A stretch of 64,000 nucleotides of DNA. Origin: Selaginella moellendorffii. Taxonomy: Eukaryota > Plantae > Lycopodiophyta. Made by a program: the position numbers and the translations under genes. The stretch covers positions 705,438 through 769,437 of the forward strand of contig NW_003314347.1 of assembly GCF_000143415.4 (NCBI RefSeq). Direction: 5' to 3'. This document shows positions 62,513 through 64,000 of this stretch, piece by piece. The first letter of the stretch is position 1, and the number at the start of each line of letters is the position of its first letter. Under the pieces are notes generated by a model, which was given only the letters and a program-made list of their open reading frames with translations, had not been told where the DNA came from and did not search any database.

Positions 62513-64000
62513 ATGGACCGCAAGCAGTGTGTGGAGCTTGTGCGGTCTTGTAAGACTCTGTGCGAGGCAAAAAAAATCCATGCCCGGGTTACACTAGTGA
62601 CGGGCTGTGACGTTTTCGTCGCCAACAAGTTAGTTGAGATGTACGGCCGGTGCGGGAGCGCAAGCGATGCTAGGCGGGTGTTTGACGGGCTGCCGTACAA
62701 AGATTCCTTCTCTTGGAATCTCATGCTGACAGCATATGCTAGGAACGGGCATCTGCGGGAGGCAAAGCGGCTGTTTGACGTGATGGTTGAGAGGGACAAG
62801 ATCTCTTGGACGGTGATGTTGGTTTTGTTCTCCGAGAAGGGCTTGCTGATCGATGCGGCTGATTTGTTTTACAGAATGCCAGAATGGGATATTGTAGCGT
62901 GGAACTCGATGCTTTTAGCGCATGCCCATTACGGGCATCTAGAGGATGTTCTTCAAATCCTTTACGAAATGCCTGAATGGGGCGCGGTCTCCGTTAATGC
63001 GCTTCTTGTAGCTTACAAAAGCCACGGCTGTCTCGATAAGTGCTTTGAGATGTTCGATGCTCTGCCAGAAAGAGATTTGAAACTCTGGAGTGCGATGCAC
63101 TCGGCAATTGCCACGCTTGGGCATCCGGAACAAGTCTGGAACTTCTTTCATAAGATGCCCGAGTGGGACTTGGTATCTTCAACGACGATGCTGGCTTCTC
63201 TTTCTCAAACTGATAAGCTCCACAAAGCAAATAGAATCTTCCAAATGATGCCCCAGAAGAACATAATTTCATGGACAGCAATCATAAACGCCCACATCCG
63301 CAGTGGAGATTTGCACCAGGCAGCCACCTTGTATGAGTCAATGCCCGAGTGGGATTTGGAATCCTCCACAGCCATGATCACGGCATATGCTGAATACGGA
63401 GCCGTAGCACGGGCCAAATCCGTGTACGACAGCATGAAAGAAAGGAGCATGGCCTCGTGTACAGCCTTGTTATCTGCGTACAGTCATGCCGGGGATTTGG
63501 AAAATGCCGTGAGAGCGATGGATTGGATGCCGGAGCACGACCAAACATCGTCGCTAACAATGGTTCTGGCATTTGCCCGGTATGGGCATCTGGGCGATGC
63601 GCAAACGCTGTACGAACAGATTCCGGAACGGAATGTGGCGGCATCGACGGCCATGGTCGCTGCCTTTGTCTACGCTGGACACGTGGACGGTGCCAGACAG
63701 ACCTTTGACAGAATGCCTGAGGCGGACCTGGTCGCGTGGACGGCCATGATTGCAGCGTATGCCCAGAGTGGTCATTCGTCTAGCGCGATTGATCTTTACA
63801 ATGCAATGGTGATGGTGGAGTTCCCGGATGGAGTGAGCTTCCTGTCTCTTTTAATTGCTAAAACCCACGCAGGCAAGACACGGGAGGCAAGAGATTGCTT
63901 TGTCTCGATGGCATTTGATTATGGGATTGCTCCCACCAAGCAGCACTACTGCTGCGTGCTTGATCTCTTGGGCAGGAGTGGACGACTCGGAGAAGCGAGA
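62513..64000 (+). CDS. PPR protein rich in short (SS-type) repeats, running off the window end
   Basis: Frame from ATG 62513 gives LVEMYGRCGS, tandem ~31-aa F..MPE.D.V.W..M..AYA..G units and HYCCVLDLLGRSG at the edge. Confidence 0.88.
   Translation, partial: MDRKQCVELVRSCKTLCEAKKIHARVTLVTGCDVFVANKLVEMYGRCGSASDARRVFDGLPYKDSFSWNLMLTAYARNGHLREAKRLFDVMVERDKISWTVMLVLFSEKGLLIDAADLFYRMPEWDIVAWNSMLLAHAHYGHLEDVLQILYEMPEWGAVSVNALLVAYKSHGCLDKCFEMFDALPERDLKLWSAMHSAIATLGHPEQVWNFFHKMPEWDLVSSTTMLASLSQTDKLHKANRIFQMMPQKNIISWTAIINAHIRSGDLHQAATLYESMPEWDLESSTAMITAYAEYGAVARAKSVYDSMKERSMASCTALLSAYSHAGDLENAVRAMDWMPEHDQTSSLTMVLAFARYGHLGDAQTLYEQIPERNVAASTAMVAAFVYAGHVDGARQTFDRMPEADLVAWTAMIAAYAQSGHSSSAIDLYNAMVMVEFPDGVSFLSLLIAKTHAGKTREARDCFVSMAFDYGIAPTKQHYCCVLDLLGRSGRLGEAR

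Overview
Eukaryotic nuclear DNA from a compact land-plant genome, most consistent with the lycophyte Selaginella (inferred from very short introns, PLS/SS-type PPR genes and a plastid MurE). The host genes are two PPRs, a three-domain LEA_2 protein, a JMJ14-like KDM5 demethylase, an unknown Pro-rich protein, a GDSL lipase, an intron-containing tRNA-Met, enoyl-ACP reductase, a NAL1-like protease, casein kinase I, MurE, cytochrome b5 and ADA1. The most striking structure is a Helitron system. An ~11 kb element (47427-58486) has intact termini, an uninterrupted Rep-helicase ORF, an RPA1-like gene and a string of captured intron-containing host fragments (PPR, nucleotidyltransferase, YacP/NYN, RCL1). 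Two ~1.05 kb non-autonomous relatives (9402-10479, 25032-26080) share the termini but carry different cargo, and one capture junction shows 7-nt microhomology. The window also holds three genes of a fungal/oomycete-like type: a Crinkler-like NTPase + PD-(D/E)XK nuclease gene that looks intact, a decayed nuclease + kinase gene abutting MurE, and a 2OG-Fe(II) oxygenase broken by a 14-bp duplication. Other elements are a complete TRIM with target-site duplication nested in a copia RT remnant, a PPT-LTR-PBS-gag remnant, and scrambled deletion-riddled copies of the JMJ and LEA genes. All family assignments come from motif recognition; no searches were run.
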